64,000 nucleotides of DNA from Coriobacteriia bacterium (GCA_007121015.1 SKMN01000022.1:19027-83026); one strand, 5' to 3'; shown: positions 38,332-49,822, counted from the first letter of the stretch. Numbers and translations: made by a program. The notes: generated from the sequence alone by a model not told the origin.

Positions 38332-40306
38332 CGGCCACACCCTCATCCCGCACTTCGCCGAGGACGACCGGACCGGCAGAACGAGCGAGGACAGCACCTC
38401 TGATGCCTTCCGCAGTGAGCCCGACCTCGGCCAGCAGGATGCCCATCGCCCCGTGGGTGACGAAACAGTCGGGGACCGAGAGCCGCATGACGGGCGCGGT
38501 CCGCCCCATGTCCGACAGCGCCTCGAGCACGGCCGAGCCGACCCCGCCCACTCCAGTGTTCTCCTCGACGGTCACGATGAGCGGGTGCGAATCGGCCACC
38601 TCGCTCACCATCTCGAGATCGAGCGGCTTCATCCACCGCAGGTTCACCACGGTCGCCTCTACGCCATCGGCGACGAGCAGCTCGGCGGCGGCCTCGGCGG
38701 CACCGACCATGCGGCCGGCGGCGAGCAGCGCGACGTCACGGCCGCGCCGCCGTACCTCGGCGCGACCCAGCTCCAGCACGTGAGGAGATTCCGGGAGCGG
38801 GACGCCCGGACCGGCACCGCGCGGATACCTGATCGCCACCGGGCCGTCGGCAGCGAGCGCCGTGTGCAGCATGTGCGCCAGCTCCGCCTCGTCGGCGGGT
38901 GCGAGGACCGCGAGCCCAGGGACGCTCCGGAGATACGACAGATCGAAGACTCCGTGATGGGTCGGGCCGTCCTCACCCACAAGACCGGCACGGTCGAGGC
39001 AGAACACCACGGGTAGCTCCTGGAGCGCGACGTCCATGATGATCTGGTCGTAGGCACGCTGCAGGAACGTCGAGTAGATGGCGACCACAGGTCTGCGGCC
39101 ACCGGCCGCTAGTCCGGCAGCGATGCCGACTGCGTGCTGTTCGGCGATGCCGACGTCGAAGAAACGGTCCGGGAACCGCTCCGCGAACGCGTCGAGCCCG
39201 GTGCCGGAGGGCATGGCTGCGGTGATGGCGACGATGCGCTCGTCGGCTTCCGCCTCGGCCAGAAGCGACCTGCTGAAGGCTTCGGTATAGGATATCGTCG
39301 CGCTCGACCCGTTGACCTCGCCGGTCTCCACCTCGAAGGGGCTTATCCCGTGGAAGGTGTCCGGCTTGTCCTCGGCATGGGCGTAACCCGCGCCCTTGCG
39401 GGTCACCGCATGGATGATGACCGGTCCGTCGACCTTGATCGCTCGCTTCACCGCGGACTCGACCGCCTCGACATTGTGACCGTCGATAGGGCCGACGTAC
39501 TTGAGGCCGAGTTCCTCGAAGAGCATGCCGGGGACGAGGAGCTGCTTGACCGACTCCTTGGCCGCTTCGCCCGCCGCGACCATCGCCGCACCGAGCCGGG
39601 TGCGTGCGAGCGCCCCCTCGACATCGTCGCGCAGGCGGTTGTAGCGCGGGTCGAGACGGACTCGAGCGAGGTAGCTCGCGAGCGCCCCGACGTTCTGCGC
39701 GATCGACATCTCGTTGTCGTTCAGCACGATGACGAGTTTGGTGCCGAGGTGGCCGATGTGATTGAGCGCCTCGAACGCCATACCACCGGTCATCGAGCCA
39801 TCGCCGATGACTGCGCAGACCGTCTCGGAACCCCCCTCGGCATCGCGTGCCACAGCCAAGCCGAGGGCGACCGAGAGGGAGTTCGAGGCGTGACCCGTGT
39901 CGAAGACATCGAATTCGCTCTCGCTGCGCTTGGGGAAGCCGCACACCCCGCCGTACTGGCGCAGCGTGTCGAAGTGTTCGCGCCGTCCGGTCAGCAACTT
40001 GTGCACGTAGGACTGGTGGCCCACGTCCCACACGATCTTGTCGCTGGGGCACTCAAGGGCTCGGTGCATGCCGATGGTGAGTTCGACGACGCCAAGGTTA
40101 GGTGCGAGATGACCGCCGGTGGCAGCTACGGTCGAGATGAGGGTCTGTCGGATCTCGTAAGCGAGTCGCTCGAGTTGACTTTCGCTCAACCCGCGCACGT
40201 CGCACGGCGTGGAGATGGTCTCCAGGATGCTCTCATCACTCAACGATCGGTCAACTCCAACGTCGGTGGCGGTCGCGGTCGGCAAGCCGCCCATCCCTCT
40301 CAGCAT
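38297..40306 (-). CDS. dxs: 1-deoxy-D-xylulose-5-phosphate synthase
   Basis: GGHLAPNLGVVELT, WDVGHQSY, and the TPP motif GDGSMTGGMAFEALN. The N-terminus is uncertain; an in-frame TTG at 40243 would give (M)SDESILETI. The C-terminal tail overlaps the tlyA start. Confidence 0.93.
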   Translation of the reverse strand: MLRGMGGLPTATATDVGVDRSLSDESILETISTPCDVRGLSESQLERLAYEIRQTLISTVAATGGHLAPNLGVVELTIGMHRALECPSDKIVWDVGHQSYVHKLLTGRREHFDTLRQYGGVCGFPKRSESEFDVFDTGHASNSLSVALGLAVARDAEGGSETVCAVIGDGSMTGGMAFEALNHIGHLGTKLVIVLNDNEMSIAQNVGALASYLARVRLDPRYNRLRDDVEGALARTRLGAAMVAAGEAAKESVKQLLVPGMLFEELGLKYVGPIDGHNVEAVESAVKRAIKVDGPVIIHAVTRKGAGYAHAEDKPDTFHGISPFEVETGEVNGSSATISYTEAFSRSLLAEAEADERIVAITAAMPSGTGLDAFAERFPDRFFDVGIAEQHAVGIAAGLAAGGRRPVVAIYSTFLQRAYDQIIMDVALQELPVVFCLDRAGLVGEDGPTHHGVFDLSYLRSVPGLAVLAPADEAELAHMLHTALAADGPVAIRYPRGAGPGVPLPESPHVLELGRAEVRRRGRDVALLAAGRMVGAAEAAAELLVADGVEATVVNLRWMKPLDLEMVSEVADSHPLIVTVEENTGVGGVGSAVLEALSDMGRTAPVMRLSVPDCFVTHGAMGILLAEVGLTAEGIRGAVLARSAGPVVLGEVRDEGVADGAASRRRTSR

Positions 40307-40357
40307 AGTACCGGGTGATGGTCGGGTAAAGCCGCACGCACCTCCGTGAACGAGGCG

Positions 40358-40714
40358 TTACTCGCTGTCGCGCGGCGTTCCGGGCGCAGGTTCTGCCGTC
40401 TCGACGTCCTCGACATCATCTGAAGATCCGACATCCCCCGCGCCCGCGCCTTCGACAGCCTCGGAGGACCCGGCTCCTTCGACGCTCTCGATCCCCTCGG
40501 CCGCTTCGCCGCCCGACGCTTCGGACTGCTCCTCGGCAAGGACCGTCGGCCACTCGGCGTGGTCGGAAAGCTCGGTGCAGGTGTTGGCGAGACGTACGCC
40601 CTCTTCGAGCAGATCGAGGCTCTTCTCCAGCGAACAGTCCTTCTTGCGCACATGGACGACGATCTCTTCGAGACGCGTACGCGCCTGTGCGAACGTGTAC
40701 CGCTCGTCAGCCAT
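40358..40714 (-). CDS. xseB: exodeoxyribonuclease VII small subunit with a long acidic tail
   Basis: Track ORF 40358..41086 is trimmed to the ATG at 40712-40714. FAQARTRLEEIVVHVRKKDCSLEKSLDLLEEGVRLANTC matches the XseB helical hairpin pattern. About 60 further residues are rich in Glu, Asp, Gly, Ser and Ala. Confidence 0.75.
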   Translation of the reverse strand: MADERYTFAQARTRLEEIVVHVRKKDCSLEKSLDLLEEGVRLANTCTELSDHAEWPTVLAEEQSEASGGEAAEGIESVEGAGSSEAVEGAGAGDVGSSDDVEDVETAEPAPGTPRDSE

Positions 40715-41192
40715 CGAGATCCTCCAACGTCCTCTCGCCCTGATCTTCACTCTCGTCATCGTTAGATTCGGCGATCTTGCCGAGGACACCGTTGACGAAG
40801 CGCGAGGAATCCTGTCCGCCGTAGACCTTCGCCATCTCGACCGCCTCGTTGATCGACACCGAGGAAGGGATGGATTCGGCGAACAGTATCTCATACGTAG
40901 CCAACCGTAGGATGTTGCGGTCGACCAGCGGCATGCGCGAGACCACCCAGTGCTTGGAGGTCGTTCCGAGGGCGTCGTCGATAGCGTCGATGTGCTGTTC
41001 GGTACCGAGCGCCAGTTCTCGGCAGAACTCGGAAGGTTCGCCGTCCTCGGTGTTGTACGCACCGCTTTCGAGGATATCCGCGACACTCGCGCCGGTGATG
41101 TCGCTCTGATAGAGGATCTGGAGCGCCTGGCGCCGCGCCCTGCGGCGTTCCTGCATGGGTCCCGCCGGTCCGTCGGATTCGGCCTTCATCAC
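40707..41192 (-). CDS. nusB: transcription antitermination factor NusB
   Basis: RRARRQALQILYQ...LVDRNILRLATYEIL...INEAVEMAK...FVNGVLG. Confidence 0.9.
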   Translation of the reverse strand: MMKAESDGPAGPMQERRRARRQALQILYQSDITGASVADILESGAYNTEDGEPSEFCRELALGTEQHIDAIDDALGTTSKHWVVSRMPLVDRNILRLATYEILFAESIPSSVSINEAVEMAKVYGGQDSSRFVNGVLGKIAESNDDESEDQGERTLEDLDG

Positions 41193-41530
41193 GCCGGGAA
41201 CTCGATGCCGTCGACGTACACGTTGACGGCCGCCACCTGCGCACCGATCTGGGAGACGATCGCGTCCGCGACGGCCTCCTGGACCTTTGCCGCCACCGTT
41301 CTCAGCGGGATCCCGTAGGTAACGGTTATATGCACGGTCACGGTGATGGCGCCGTCGTCGTCGGTCCTGAAATCGACCGCCTTGCCCGACGCGCGGTTCA
41401 CGATGCCTCCGATACCCTGACCGCTCGAGGAGAACACGACCCCGTCAACGCCCTTGACGGCGAGTGTCACGATCGTGTCGAGCACGGCAGGGGCGACGCC
41501 GAGCCCGTCGAGACGGATCTCATCGGTCAT
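41189..41530 (-). CDS. Asp23/Gls24-family (alkaline shock) protein
   Basis: [21 protein letters not shown]...V.V.I.V.YG..L..VA.KVQE.V pattern. It occupies the conserved position between accC and nusB. Confidence 0.85.
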   Translation of the reverse strand: MTDEIRLDGLGVAPAVLDTIVTLAVKGVDGVVFSSSGQGIGGIVNRASGKAVDFRTDDDGAITVTVHITVTYGIPLRTVAAKVQEAVADAIVSQIGAQVAAVNVYVDGIEFPA

Positions 41531-42906
41531 CTGTCGTCCTTCGCCTCCTTCACCGGCAGCAAGACGTCCATGTGCGTGTCCACGAAATCAGTATAGACCT
41601 CACCGGTTTGGAACGCTTCGGTCTCTATCACCGCCTGGTGGAACGGGATCGTCGTGGGGATGCCTACGACGATGAACTCGTCGAGCGCTCGACGGGCACG
41701 GGCGACTGCCTCGTCGCGAGTCTCCCCCCACACGATGAGCTTGCCGAGGAGCGAGTCGTAGTATGGCGGCACGTCGTAGCCGGAGTACAGGTGGCTGTCG
41801 ACGCGGACGCCGAGTCCACCGGGAGGGTTGAAGACGCTCACATGACCCGGATGCGGACGGAAGCCGTGCTCGGGGTCCTCGGCGTTGATGCGGAACTCGA
41901 TGGCGTGACCGCGCAACTCGATGAGATCCTGCGACGCGTGCTTGAGGGGCTCGCCCGCCGCGATGCGGATCTGCTCCTTGATGATGTCCACACCGGTGAC
42001 CTGCTCGGTCACGGGGTGCTCGACCTGCACGCGGGTGTTCATCTCCATGAAGTAGAACGAGCCGTCGGTGTCGAGCAGGAACTCGACGGTCCCTGCGCTC
42101 ACGTAATCCACCGCGCGCACCGCGAGCAGCGCCGCATCGCCCATCGCCGCCCGGAGCTCAGGCGTGAGCGCAGGGCTCGGGGCCTCCTCGATGAGCTTCT
42201 GGTGTCGGCGCTGGACCGAGCAGTCGCGCTCGAAGAGGTGGATGGCGTTGCCGTGGGTGTCGGCGAGCACCTGGATCTCGATGTGCCGCGGGCGAAGGAG
42301 GTACTTCTCGATGTAGACGGTGTCGTCACCGAACGCCGCCGCTGCCTCGTTCTTCGCCGCGACGAAGTTCTTCGCAAGCACCGAGGCGTCCTCGGCCACG
42401 CGCATGCCCTTGCCGCCGCCTCCGGCCGACGCCTTGATGAGGACGGGGAACCCGACCTCCTCGGCGAACGCGAGTGCCTCTTCTGGCGTGTCGACCGCTC
42501 CCTCGGAGCCGGGCACGCACGGCACGCCGGCAGCCATCATCGTCTCGCGGGCAACCGATTTGTCGCCCATCCTCTCGATCGCCTCGGGCGCCGGTCCGAT
42601 GAACGTGATGTTCGAGTCCGCTACCGCGCGCGCGAACCGCGCGTTCTCGGCGAGGAACCCGTATCCGGGGTGGACCGCCTCGGCGCCGGTCGTAAGGGCG
42701 GCCGAGATGATGTTGGGCATGTTGAGGTAGCTGGCCGCCGAGGGTGGAGGACCGATACACACGGCCTCGTCCGCCATGCGCGCATGGAGGCAGTCGCGAT
42801 CGGCCTCAGAGTACACGGCGACGGTCGCGACACCCATCTCCTTGCAGGCTCGGATGACGCGCAGCGCGATCTCTCCCCGGTTCGCGATGAGTACCTTCGA
42901 GAACAT
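41527..42906 (-). CDS. accC: biotin carboxylase
   Basis: [25 protein letters not shown], an ATP-grasp core, and [14 protein letters not shown]. Confidence 0.95.
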   Translation of the reverse strand: MFSKVLIANRGEIALRVIRACKEMGVATVAVYSEADRDCLHARMADEAVCIGPPPSAASYLNMPNIISAALTTGAEAVHPGYGFLAENARFARAVADSNITFIGPAPEAIERMGDKSVARETMMAAGVPCVPGSEGAVDTPEEALAFAEEVGFPVLIKASAGGGGKGMRVAEDASVLAKNFVAAKNEAAAAFGDDTVYIEKYLLRPRHIEIQVLADTHGNAIHLFERDCSVQRRHQKLIEEAPSPALTPELRAAMGDAALLAVRAVDYVSAGTVEFLLDTDGSFYFMEMNTRVQVEHPVTEQVTGVDIIKEQIRIAAGEPLKHASQDLIELRGHAIEFRINAEDPEHGFRPHPGHVSVFNPPGGLGVRVDSHLYSGYDVPPYYDSLLGKLIVWGETRDEAVARARRALDEFIVVGIPTTIPFHQAVIETEAFQTGEVYTDFVDTHMDVLLPVKEAKDDR

Positions 42907-42911
42907 CCGTG

Positions 42912-44777
42912 CTACCCGAGAGGTTCGTAGTAGAACAGGACAGTGCCGAATTCGACCGGGTCGGCGTTCGCGATGGGGATCTCGCGGATGATGCCCGGCT
43001 CCTCGGCGGTGATCTCGTTCATGAGCTTCATCGCCTCGAGGATACAGAGTCCCTGCCCCTCCTCGACGGTGTCGCCGACGTTGACGAACGGGTCGGCCCC
43101 GGGCGAGGGCGCACGGTAGAAGGTCCCGACCATCGGCGCGATGACCTGCTTCCAGGTAGAGGGACGTTCGGCATCGTCACGCACCGCGACATCTGCCGGA
43201 GCGCCCTCTGCGGCCGGCGCTGCCTGCGCAGACGCAGAGGGAGCGGGGCTCGACTCGGCCACCGCGACGGCCGCGCCTTTCCGGACGACGACCTTGGTCC
43301 CCGCCTCTTCGACGGTGACCTCGTTCACATCGCTCGTCTCGACGATCTTGATGAGCTCACGTATCTGGTTGACGTCCACGGATTCTTCCTCCCTGACGGT
43401 ATCGAACTCCTCGCCCATCATGAACACGGCGCTCTCTGCACCCTCCTGGTGGGTGGTGAGGTACGTGCGGGCCTCGTTCGGGAAGAGGGCATACATGAGC
43501 ACGTCCTCTTCGCTGTGCGCGAGGTCGCCGATCTCCGCCTCGACCTCTGCGTAGGTAGTGGTGACGAGCGAGCCGGGACGCACGTCGGGCCCGAGCGGCT
43601 CCTCCTTGCCGAGGACCTTGGCGACGATCTCGGGGTCCATCGATCCGGGAGCCTTGCCGTACCAGCCCCGGATGTAGTCCTTCATCTCCTGCGGCACGAC
43701 CGCCCACCGCTTGCCCGTGAGCACGTTGATGACCGCCTGGGTGCCGACGATCTGCGAGAGCGGCGTGACGAGCGGCGGGAAGCCGACTTCCGCGCGAACC
43801 TTAGGGATCTCCTTGAGAACATCGGGCAGGCGCTCGCTCGCGTTCTGAAGCTCGAGCTGGCTTATGAGGTTCGAGAGCATGCCGCCGGGCACCTGGTGAC
43901 TGAAGACCTCCATGTGCATCAGCGAGGTCACGCCACGCTTGAGCTTCTTGCGCTCCCGGACCTCCTCCCAGTACTCGGCGATCTCGAAGAGGAGGTCGAG
44001 ATCGAGGCCGGTGTCGTACGGGCTCTCCTTGAGTGCCGCGACGATCATCTCGACCGCCGGCTGGCTGTTGCCGAACGCGACAGCGACAACGGCGGTGTCG
44101 ATGATGTCGGCCCCCGCCTCGGCGGCCTTGAGATAGTTCATCGGAGCCATGCCGCCGATGTAGTGGCAATGCACGTGGACGGGTAGCCCGACCTCATCTT
44201 TCAGCGCCCGCACCATCTTCTCGGTGCGAAACGGGGTCAGCATACCTGCCATGTCCTTGATCGCGATGGTGTCGGCGCCGAGCTCTTTGAGCTGCAGCGC
44301 GTAGTCGATGTAGGAGTCAAGCGTGTGCACGGGGCTCACCGTATAGCTGATGGCGCCCTCGAACAGTCCGCCGCACTCCTTGACGGCCGCCGCCGAGACC
44401 TCGACGTTCCGGATGTCGTTGAGCGCATCGAAGATCCGGAAGACATCGATGCCGTTGCGCTTGGACGCGTGCACGAAACGCGTGACGATCTCGTCGGAGT
44501 AGTGACGGTACCCGACGAGGTTCTGCCCGCGGAGCAGCATCTGGAGCGGCGTCTTGGGGCAGTACTTCTTGATGACGCGCAGCCGCTCCCACGGGTTCTC
44601 GTTCAGGAACCGCAACGCGGCATCGAACGTCGCCCCGCCCCAGACCTCGAGCGACCAGTAGCCCACCGCGTCCATCTTGCCGAGGATCGGCAGCATGTCG
44701 GCGACTTGCATCCGGGTCGCCCACAATGACTGGTGGGCGTCTCGTAGGGTCGTATCCATTATGTGGACTGGTCGCAT
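42912..44777 (-). CDS. carboxyltransferase (5S/PycB/OadA-type) fused to a biotinyl (BCCP) domain
   Basis: The track ORF is trimmed to the ATG at 44775-44777. [17 protein letters not shown] marks an HMGL-like carboxyltransferase. The C-terminal lipoyl-like domain carries the biotinylation motif EAMKLMNEI. Confidence 0.88.
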   Translation of the reverse strand: MRPVHIMDTTLRDAHQSLWATRMQVADMLPILGKMDAVGYWSLEVWGGATFDAALRFLNENPWERLRVIKKYCPKTPLQMLLRGQNLVGYRHYSDEIVTRFVHASKRNGIDVFRIFDALNDIRNVEVSAAAVKECGGLFEGAISYTVSPVHTLDSYIDYALQLKELGADTIAIKDMAGMLTPFRTEKMVRALKDEVGLPVHVHCHYIGGMAPMNYLKAAEAGADIIDTAVVAVAFGNSQPAVEMIVAALKESPYDTGLDLDLLFEIAEYWEEVRERKKLKRGVTSLMHMEVFSHQVPGGMLSNLISQLELQNASERLPDVLKEIPKVRAEVGFPPLVTPLSQIVGTQAVINVLTGKRWAVVPQEMKDYIRGWYGKAPGSMDPEIVAKVLGKEEPLGPDVRPGSLVTTTYAEVEAEIGDLAHSEEDVLMYALFPNEARTYLTTHQEGAESAVFMMGEEFDTVREEESVDVNQIRELIKIVETSDVNEVTVEEAGTKVVVRKGAAVAVAESSPAPSASAQAAPAAEGAPADVAVRDDAERPSTWKQVIAPMVGTFYRAPSPGADPFVNVGDTVEEGQGLCILEAMKLMNEITAEEPGIIREIPIANADPVEFGTVLFYYEPLG

Positions 44778-44861
44778 ACCGTCGTCCCCTCGGGTCGATA
44801 CGGGTAGGGCGGAAGCGGCCGGCAAGCCGACGCTGTCGTAGTCAGGACAGTATACAGACGT

Positions 44862-45422
44862 CTACACGCGGGTGATATAGCGCCCGTCACGCGTGTCGAT
44901 CTTGAGCGTGTCACCAGGCTCTACGAACATCGGGACCTGAACGACCGCGCCGGTCTCGAGCGTGGCCGGCTTGGTGCCGCCCTGCACGGTGTCGCCCTTG
45001 AAGCCAGGGTCGGTATCGGTGACCCCAAGCTCGACGAACATCGGCGGTTCGACACCGAGCATCTCGCCTCCGGCGATCATGATCTGCACCTCGTCGTTCT
45101 CCTTGAGCCACTGGGCGGCGTCGCCGACGAAGTCCTTGTCGAGCTCGACCTGCTCGTAGGTGTCCTGATCCATGAAGTGGAACGCTGCGCCGTCGTTGTA
45201 GAGGTACTGCATGCGCTTCGTCTCCACGCGCACATCTTCAAGCTTCTCTCCGGCGCGGAACGTCACGTCGAGCACACGGCCCGTCTTGAGCTCCTTGAGC
45301 TTGGTGCGCACGAACGCCCCGCCCTTGCCGGGCTTGACGTGCTGGAACTCCACGACGATCCACATCTTGCCGTCGTGCATGACGCACATGCCGTTCTTGA
45401 GGTTGTTGGTAGAGACAGCCAC
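44862..45422 (-). CDS. efp: translation elongation factor P
   Basis: The track ORF is trimmed to the GTG at 45420-45422, giving (M)AVSTNNLKNG, with AGGAAGG 7 nt upstream. The loop reads VKPGKGGAFVRTKLK. The product is 186 aa. Confidence 0.95.
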   Translation of the reverse strand: MAVSTNNLKNGMCVMHDGKMWIVVEFQHVKPGKGGAFVRTKLKELKTGRVLDVTFRAGEKLEDVRVETKRMQYLYNDGAAFHFMDQDTYEQVELDKDFVGDAAQWLKENDEVQIMIAGGEMLGVEPPMFVELGVTDTDPGFKGDTVQGGTKPATLETGAVVQVPMFVEPGDTLKIDTRDGRYITRV

Positions 45423-45450
45423 TGCGAGACCTTCCTGCCGTACCGACGCG

Positions 45451-46539
45451 TCAGAGTTCGATGAGGTCGCGCGGAGCGCTCGTGAGCACCCGGCAACCCG
45501 CATCGCTTAGCACAACGGAGTCTTCGATTCTAACACCGAACCGGCCTGCGAGGTAGACACCCGGCTCGATCGTCACGACCGAGCCGGCTCTCAGGGTCCG
45601 CTCCCCCCGCGTCGAGAGACTCGGCAGTTCGTGGACATCGAGGCCGACCCCATGACCGAGGCCGTGTCCGAAGTGCTCGGCCAGACCCGCTTCGGCCAGC
45701 ACATCGCGCGCAAGCCGGTCCGCCTCGATCCCGGTCAAGCCTGCCCTGACACCCTCGCGAGCGGCTGACTGGGCACCGAGGACCACGTCGTATATTTCGC
45801 GGAACCCGTCAGGGACGTACCCGACCACCACAGTACGTGTCATGTCCGAGCAGTACCCCCCCACGCGCGCGCCGAAGTCCATCGTGACCGGGTCGCCCCT
45901 CTCGATGACGCGCGTCGTCACGGTAGCGTGAGGGCGCGAGGAGTGCGGACCGGAGGCGACGATCGTCGGGAATGCGAGCCCCTCAGAGCCGTTGCGCCGC
46001 AGGAAGACCTCGATCTCGAGCGCGACGTCGAGCTCGGTCATCCCGGGGGCGAGGACGCCGAGTACGTGGTCGAACGCCCGGTCGCCGAGCTCGCACGCCG
46101 CCTCGATGCTCGCGACCTCCTCGGCGTCCTTGACCTCCCGGAGCTGCTCGACGAGGTCGTCGACGGGTCGCACCCGTCCCGCGAACGCCTCTTCGATAGC
46201 GCGGAACCGGCGGTGGGAGACGGAGGTCTCGACGGCGACGGACGTCACCTCCGCAGCATCGAGATGCTCGAGCGCCTCGCCGTGCAGGGCCCGCGTCGCG
46301 ACCCGCACGTCCCACTGGGTGCCGTCGGCGGCGACCTGGGCCGCCTCGCCGTACCGCGAATCGGTGTAGAGGACGGCCGAATCGGGGCAGACCGCCGCGA
46401 GGGCCGCCGCTTCAGGGTCGAACACGCCCACGAATCCGGTCAGATACCGCACGTTCGAGACATCGGTGACGAGCATCGCATCGACCGACTCCGCGGCGAG
46501 GCGCTCCCGGAGCCTCGCGAGTCTCGCGGCGACGGTCAC
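45451..46539 (-). CDS. pepP: M24-family Xaa-Pro aminopeptidase
   Basis: The track ORF is trimmed to the GTG at 46537-46539, forming a GTGA overlap with the aroQ stop. Creatinase-like N-domain, then pita-bread motifs ([37 protein letters not shown]). Confidence 0.88.
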   Translation of the reverse strand: MTVAARLARLRERLAAESVDAMLVTDVSNVRYLTGFVGVFDPEAAALAAVCPDSAVLYTDSRYGEAAQVAADGTQWDVRVATRALHGEALEHLDAAEVTSVAVETSVSHRRFRAIEEAFAGRVRPVDDLVEQLREVKDAEEVASIEAACELGDRAFDHVLGVLAPGMTELDVALEIEVFLRRNGSEGLAFPTIVASGPHSSRPHATVTTRVIERGDPVTMDFGARVGGYCSDMTRTVVVGYVPDGFREIYDVVLGAQSAAREGVRAGLTGIEADRLARDVLAEAGLAEHFGHGLGHGVGLDVHELPSLSTRGERTLRAGSVVTIEPGVYLAGRFGVRIEDSVVLSDAGCRVLTSAPRDLIEL

Positions 46540-46982
46540 TCGCCACCCCCGACCGCCGCCATAGCGGCCTCGAGCCCGAGCACGTAGGAGAGCGCGCCGA
46601 ACCCGGAGATCTGCCCGACGCACGCCGGAGCGATCACGCTGTGCGCGCGGAACTCCTCGCGTGCGGCGATGTTACTCAGGTGCACCTCGACGACGGGCGT
46701 ATCGACGGAGGCGACCGCATCCCGGAGCGCATACGAGTAGTGGGTCAGCGCCCCCGGATTCATCACTATCGCGTCGACGACGCCGGCCCTGCGATGGACC
46801 TCGTCGATGATCTCGCCCTCGTGGTTCGACTGGAAGAAGGTGACATCCACTCCGGTCGCAGATGCCCGGGAGACGACGAACGTCTCGACCTCGTCGAGCG
46901 TCACCGATCCGTACACGTCGGTCTCGCGCGTGCCGAGCATGTTGAGGTTCGGACCGTTGATCACGAGTATCCGCACGAACAT
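46536..46982 (-). CDS. aroQ: type II 3-dehydroquinate dehydratase
   Basis: The start is trimmed to the ATG at 46980-46982. [28 protein letters not shown] and NPGALTHYS. Confidence 0.93.
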   Translation of the reverse strand: MFVRILVINGPNLNMLGTRETDVYGSVTLDEVETFVVSRASATGVDVTFFQSNHEGEIIDEVHRRAGVVDAIVMNPGALTHYSYALRDAVASVDTPVVEVHLSNIAAREEFRAHSVIAPACVGQISGFGALSYVLGLEAAMAAVGGGE

Positions 46983-48088
46983 CAGCCCCTCTCGGAATCG
47001 CCATCGAACCACAGGTCGAGCGCGTGAGCGATAGTCGCATCATCGACAGGCGTGACGATGTGGTGTCCCGGCTGGGGAACGAACACGAAGCGCACCGTGC
47101 CCGCACGCGCCTTCTTGTCCGCGTGCATCGCGTCGAGCAACCGACGGGCATCCCGGGGATACAGCGGCCGTTCTATACCGAGGGTATCGAGGAGACGTTC
47201 CTGCAGTGCCCTGGTCTCCTCGGACGCGCCGACGACCACCTCGGCCAGCAGCGCGGCGAACCGCATCCCCTCAGCGATCGCGATCCCGTGCGGTATCACG
47301 CCGTAGCCCGCGACCTGTTCGATCGCGTGCCCGAGGGTGTGACCGTAGTTGAGGGTCTCGCGCTCCCTCGTCTCGTGCTCGTCTGCCGCGACCACGGCGG
47401 CCTTGTGCCGGACCGCCGCGAGGACCACGTCGACCACCCGCTGCTCGTCCCTGCCGAGGATCACGGATGCCGCGTCGATAAGCCCGTCGACCATCTCGCG
47501 CGACTCCAACATGGCGACCTTCGCCACCTCGGCGAGCCCGCTCGCCCACTCGCTGCCGGAAAGCGTCCCGAGGACGGCGGTGTCGGCAAGCACGAGCGAC
47601 GGCTGCTTGAAAGCGCCGGCGAGGTTCTTGCCTGCCGCCAGGTCGACCCCGGTCTTGCCGCCCACCGACGAATCGACCTGCGCGAGCAGGGTCGTGGGCA
47701 CCTGCACGTAGTCGATGCCTCTCAGGTAGACGGCGGCGCAGAATCCGGCGAGGTCGCCCACGACCCCACCGCCGAGCGCGACGACCGCATCCGTGCGGTC
47801 GAGCCGCGCCTCGGCGAGCCGGTCGCAGACCTCCCCGGCGCGCTGCCACGACTTCGTAGCTTCGCCCGCGGGGACCACGACCTCCACGACCCGTACGCCG
47901 CTGTCGCGCAAGAGCCTCGCGACCTTGGGGCCGTAAAGTGCCCACACGTTCTCGTCCGTGACGAGCGCCATCGTCTCGGCTGGTGTGGCGGCACGTATGT
48001 AGTCGGCCGTCCTGTCGAGGAGCCCTGGGCCGATGAGGACCTCGTAGTCGCCGGTCGGCGTGTTAACCGGGAGCCTGACATGGGACAC
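46982..48088 (-). CDS. aroB: 3-dehydroquinate synthase
   Basis: The start is trimmed to the GTG at 48086-48088; a GTG at 48097 is the alternative. [29 protein letters not shown] and [11 protein letters not shown]. Confidence 0.92.
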   Translation of the reverse strand: MSHVRLPVNTPTGDYEVLIGPGLLDRTADYIRAATPAETMALVTDENVWALYGPKVARLLRDSGVRVVEVVVPAGEATKSWQRAGEVCDRLAEARLDRTDAVVALGGGVVGDLAGFCAAVYLRGIDYVQVPTTLLAQVDSSVGGKTGVDLAAGKNLAGAFKQPSLVLADTAVLGTLSGSEWASGLAEVAKVAMLESREMVDGLIDAASVILGRDEQRVVDVVLAAVRHKAAVVAADEHETRERETLNYGHTLGHAIEQVAGYGVIPHGIAIAEGMRFAALLAEVVVGASEETRALQERLLDTLGIERPLYPRDARRLLDAMHADKKARAGTVRFVFVPQPGHHIVTPVDDATIAHALDLWFDGDSERG

Positions 48089-48089
48089 G

Positions 48090-48614
48090 CTATCCACCCG
48101 CCTCTCCGAACGACCGCGCGATCGCGACCACCTCTTCTGCCACCTCGGACGCGGACGCGCCTGAGGTGTCGACGACCGCGTCGGCAGCGGTACGGTAGAG
48201 GGTCTCGCGGGCGGCGAGCAGGGTCGATGCCATCGCCACGGCGTCACCGTGGGCAAGCAGCGGGCGGCCCGACGTGTCCCCGATGCGGGCGAGCGCTTCG
48301 TCGGCCTCGACCCTGAGGTGGATCACGCGACCGAGTTCCTTGAGCACTCTACGGTTCGCATCGTCCTCCACGACGCCGCCGCCGCAGGCGATCACCGCAG
48401 GCTCGACGTCCTCGAGCGACGCGAGCGCGGCGGACTCGGCGGCACGGAAAGACTGCTCTCCGTCGGCAGCGAAGATGTCGGCCACGCTGCGACCCGTCGA
48501 CCGCTCGATCTGTTCGTCGAGATCGATGAAGGGCATACCGAGCGCGTCGGCGACACGTCGGCCTACCGTCGACTTGCCGGCACCCATGAAGCCGATGAGG
48601 AACAGATGGCTCAC
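48090..48614 (-). CDS. aroK: shikimate kinase
   Basis: LIGFMGAGKSTVGR (Walker A), and FRAAES..L....V.ACGGG. Confidence 0.92.
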   Translation of the reverse strand: MSHLFLIGFMGAGKSTVGRRVADALGMPFIDLDEQIERSTGRSVADIFAADGEQSFRAAESAALASLEDVEPAVIACGGGVVEDDANRRVLKELGRVIHLRVEADEALARIGDTSGRPLLAHGDAVAMASTLLAARETLYRTAADAVVDTSGASASEVAEEVVAIARSFGEAGG

Positions 48615-49762
48615 GGCACCAACCTCGCTTCGTACGCACGCACGGCGGCGAGCATGTCCTCGAGGCAGTCGCCACCGAACTTCTCAGCGTACGCGCGTGC
48701 CAGCACGAGCGCGAGCTCCGCCTCGCCCACCACCGCCGCCGCGGGAACGGCGCAGACATCGGAGCGCTCGGTCGAGGCATCGATCGGCTCGTGCGTCGCG
48801 ATGTCGACGCTCGCGAGCGGACGCATGAGGGTGGGTATCGGCTTCATCGCCACGCGGACCACGACCGGCTCGCCGTTCGTCATCCCGCCTTCGAGGCCGC
48901 CCGCGTGGTTGCTACGCCGGTAGAAGCCCCGCGGCCCGTCATAGACGATCTCGTCGTGCACGGTGGAGCCCGGACGCGCGGCGGCGGCGAACCCGTCCCC
49001 TATCTCGACGCCCTTCATCGCGGGTATCGACATCATCGCGGCCGCGATCCGTGTGTCGAGCCGGCGCTCCGCCTCGGCGTACGTGCCGAGTCCGGGCACG
49101 ATACCCGACGCGGTCACGTAGAACGTCCCGCCGAGGCTCTCGCCCTGTCCACGAGCCGCGTCGATCGCCGCACGCATCCGAGCGGACGCTTCTGTGTCGG
49201 GACAGCGCACGTCGCTCTCCTCGACCAGTCCCATGTCCACCGCGGACGGGTCGACGACCGGTTCCATCTCCTCGGCGCCGATAGAGTGGACGAAGGAGCC
49301 GATCGAGACCCCGAACTGTCGCAGGAGCGCCCGTGCGACACCGCCTGCCGCGACCCGCGCGGCCGTCTCCCGTGCGCTCGCACGTTCGAGGATGTCCCGG
49401 CAATCGAGCGCGCCGGTCTTCTGGGCGCCCGCAAGGTCGGCGTGCCCTGGCCGAGGAGCCGTCACCCGAGCGGAGACGACCTCCTCGCCCTCGGCAGCCA
49501 TGACGTCGGTCCAGTTGTCCCAGTCGCGGTTGGCGACCGTCAGGGTCACCGGCGAGCCGATCGTGCGACCGAAGCGAATCCCCGAGAGGATGAGCGCGCG
49601 ATCCTTCTCGATCCGCATGCGGCCACCCCGCCCATACCCCGACTGACGGCGTGCGAGATCGGCGTCGATGGCCGCTGCGTCGATCGGGACACCGGCGGGC
49701 ACACCGGTAAGGATGGCCGTGAGTGCTCGACCGTGGGACTCGCCTGAGGTGACGTATCGCAT
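48611..49762 (-). CDS. aroC: chorismate synthase
   Basis: MRYVTSGESHGRAL, RPGHAD, and GGRSSARET-like (ERASARETAARV). Confidence 0.95.
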   Translation of the reverse strand: MRYVTSGESHGRALTAILTGVPAGVPIDAAAIDADLARRQSGYGRGGRMRIEKDRALILSGIRFGRTIGSPVTLTVANRDWDNWTDVMAAEGEEVVSARVTAPRPGHADLAGAQKTGALDCRDILERASARETAARVAAGGVARALLRQFGVSIGSFVHSIGAEEMEPVVDPSAVDMGLVEESDVRCPDTEASARMRAAIDAARGQGESLGGTFYVTASGIVPGLGTYAEAERRLDTRIAAAMMSIPAMKGVEIGDGFAAAARPGSTVHDEIVYDGPRGFYRRSNHAGGLEGGMTNGEPVVVRVAMKPIPTLMRPLASVDIATHEPIDASTERSDVCAVPAAAVVGEAELALVLARAYAEKFGGDCLEDMLAAVRAYEARLVP

Positions 49763-49822
49763 GCTCGCCTCCGGTTGGATGTCAGTGCCGCGATTCTACC
49801 ACCGAGACCAGCTGTGCGCGGG

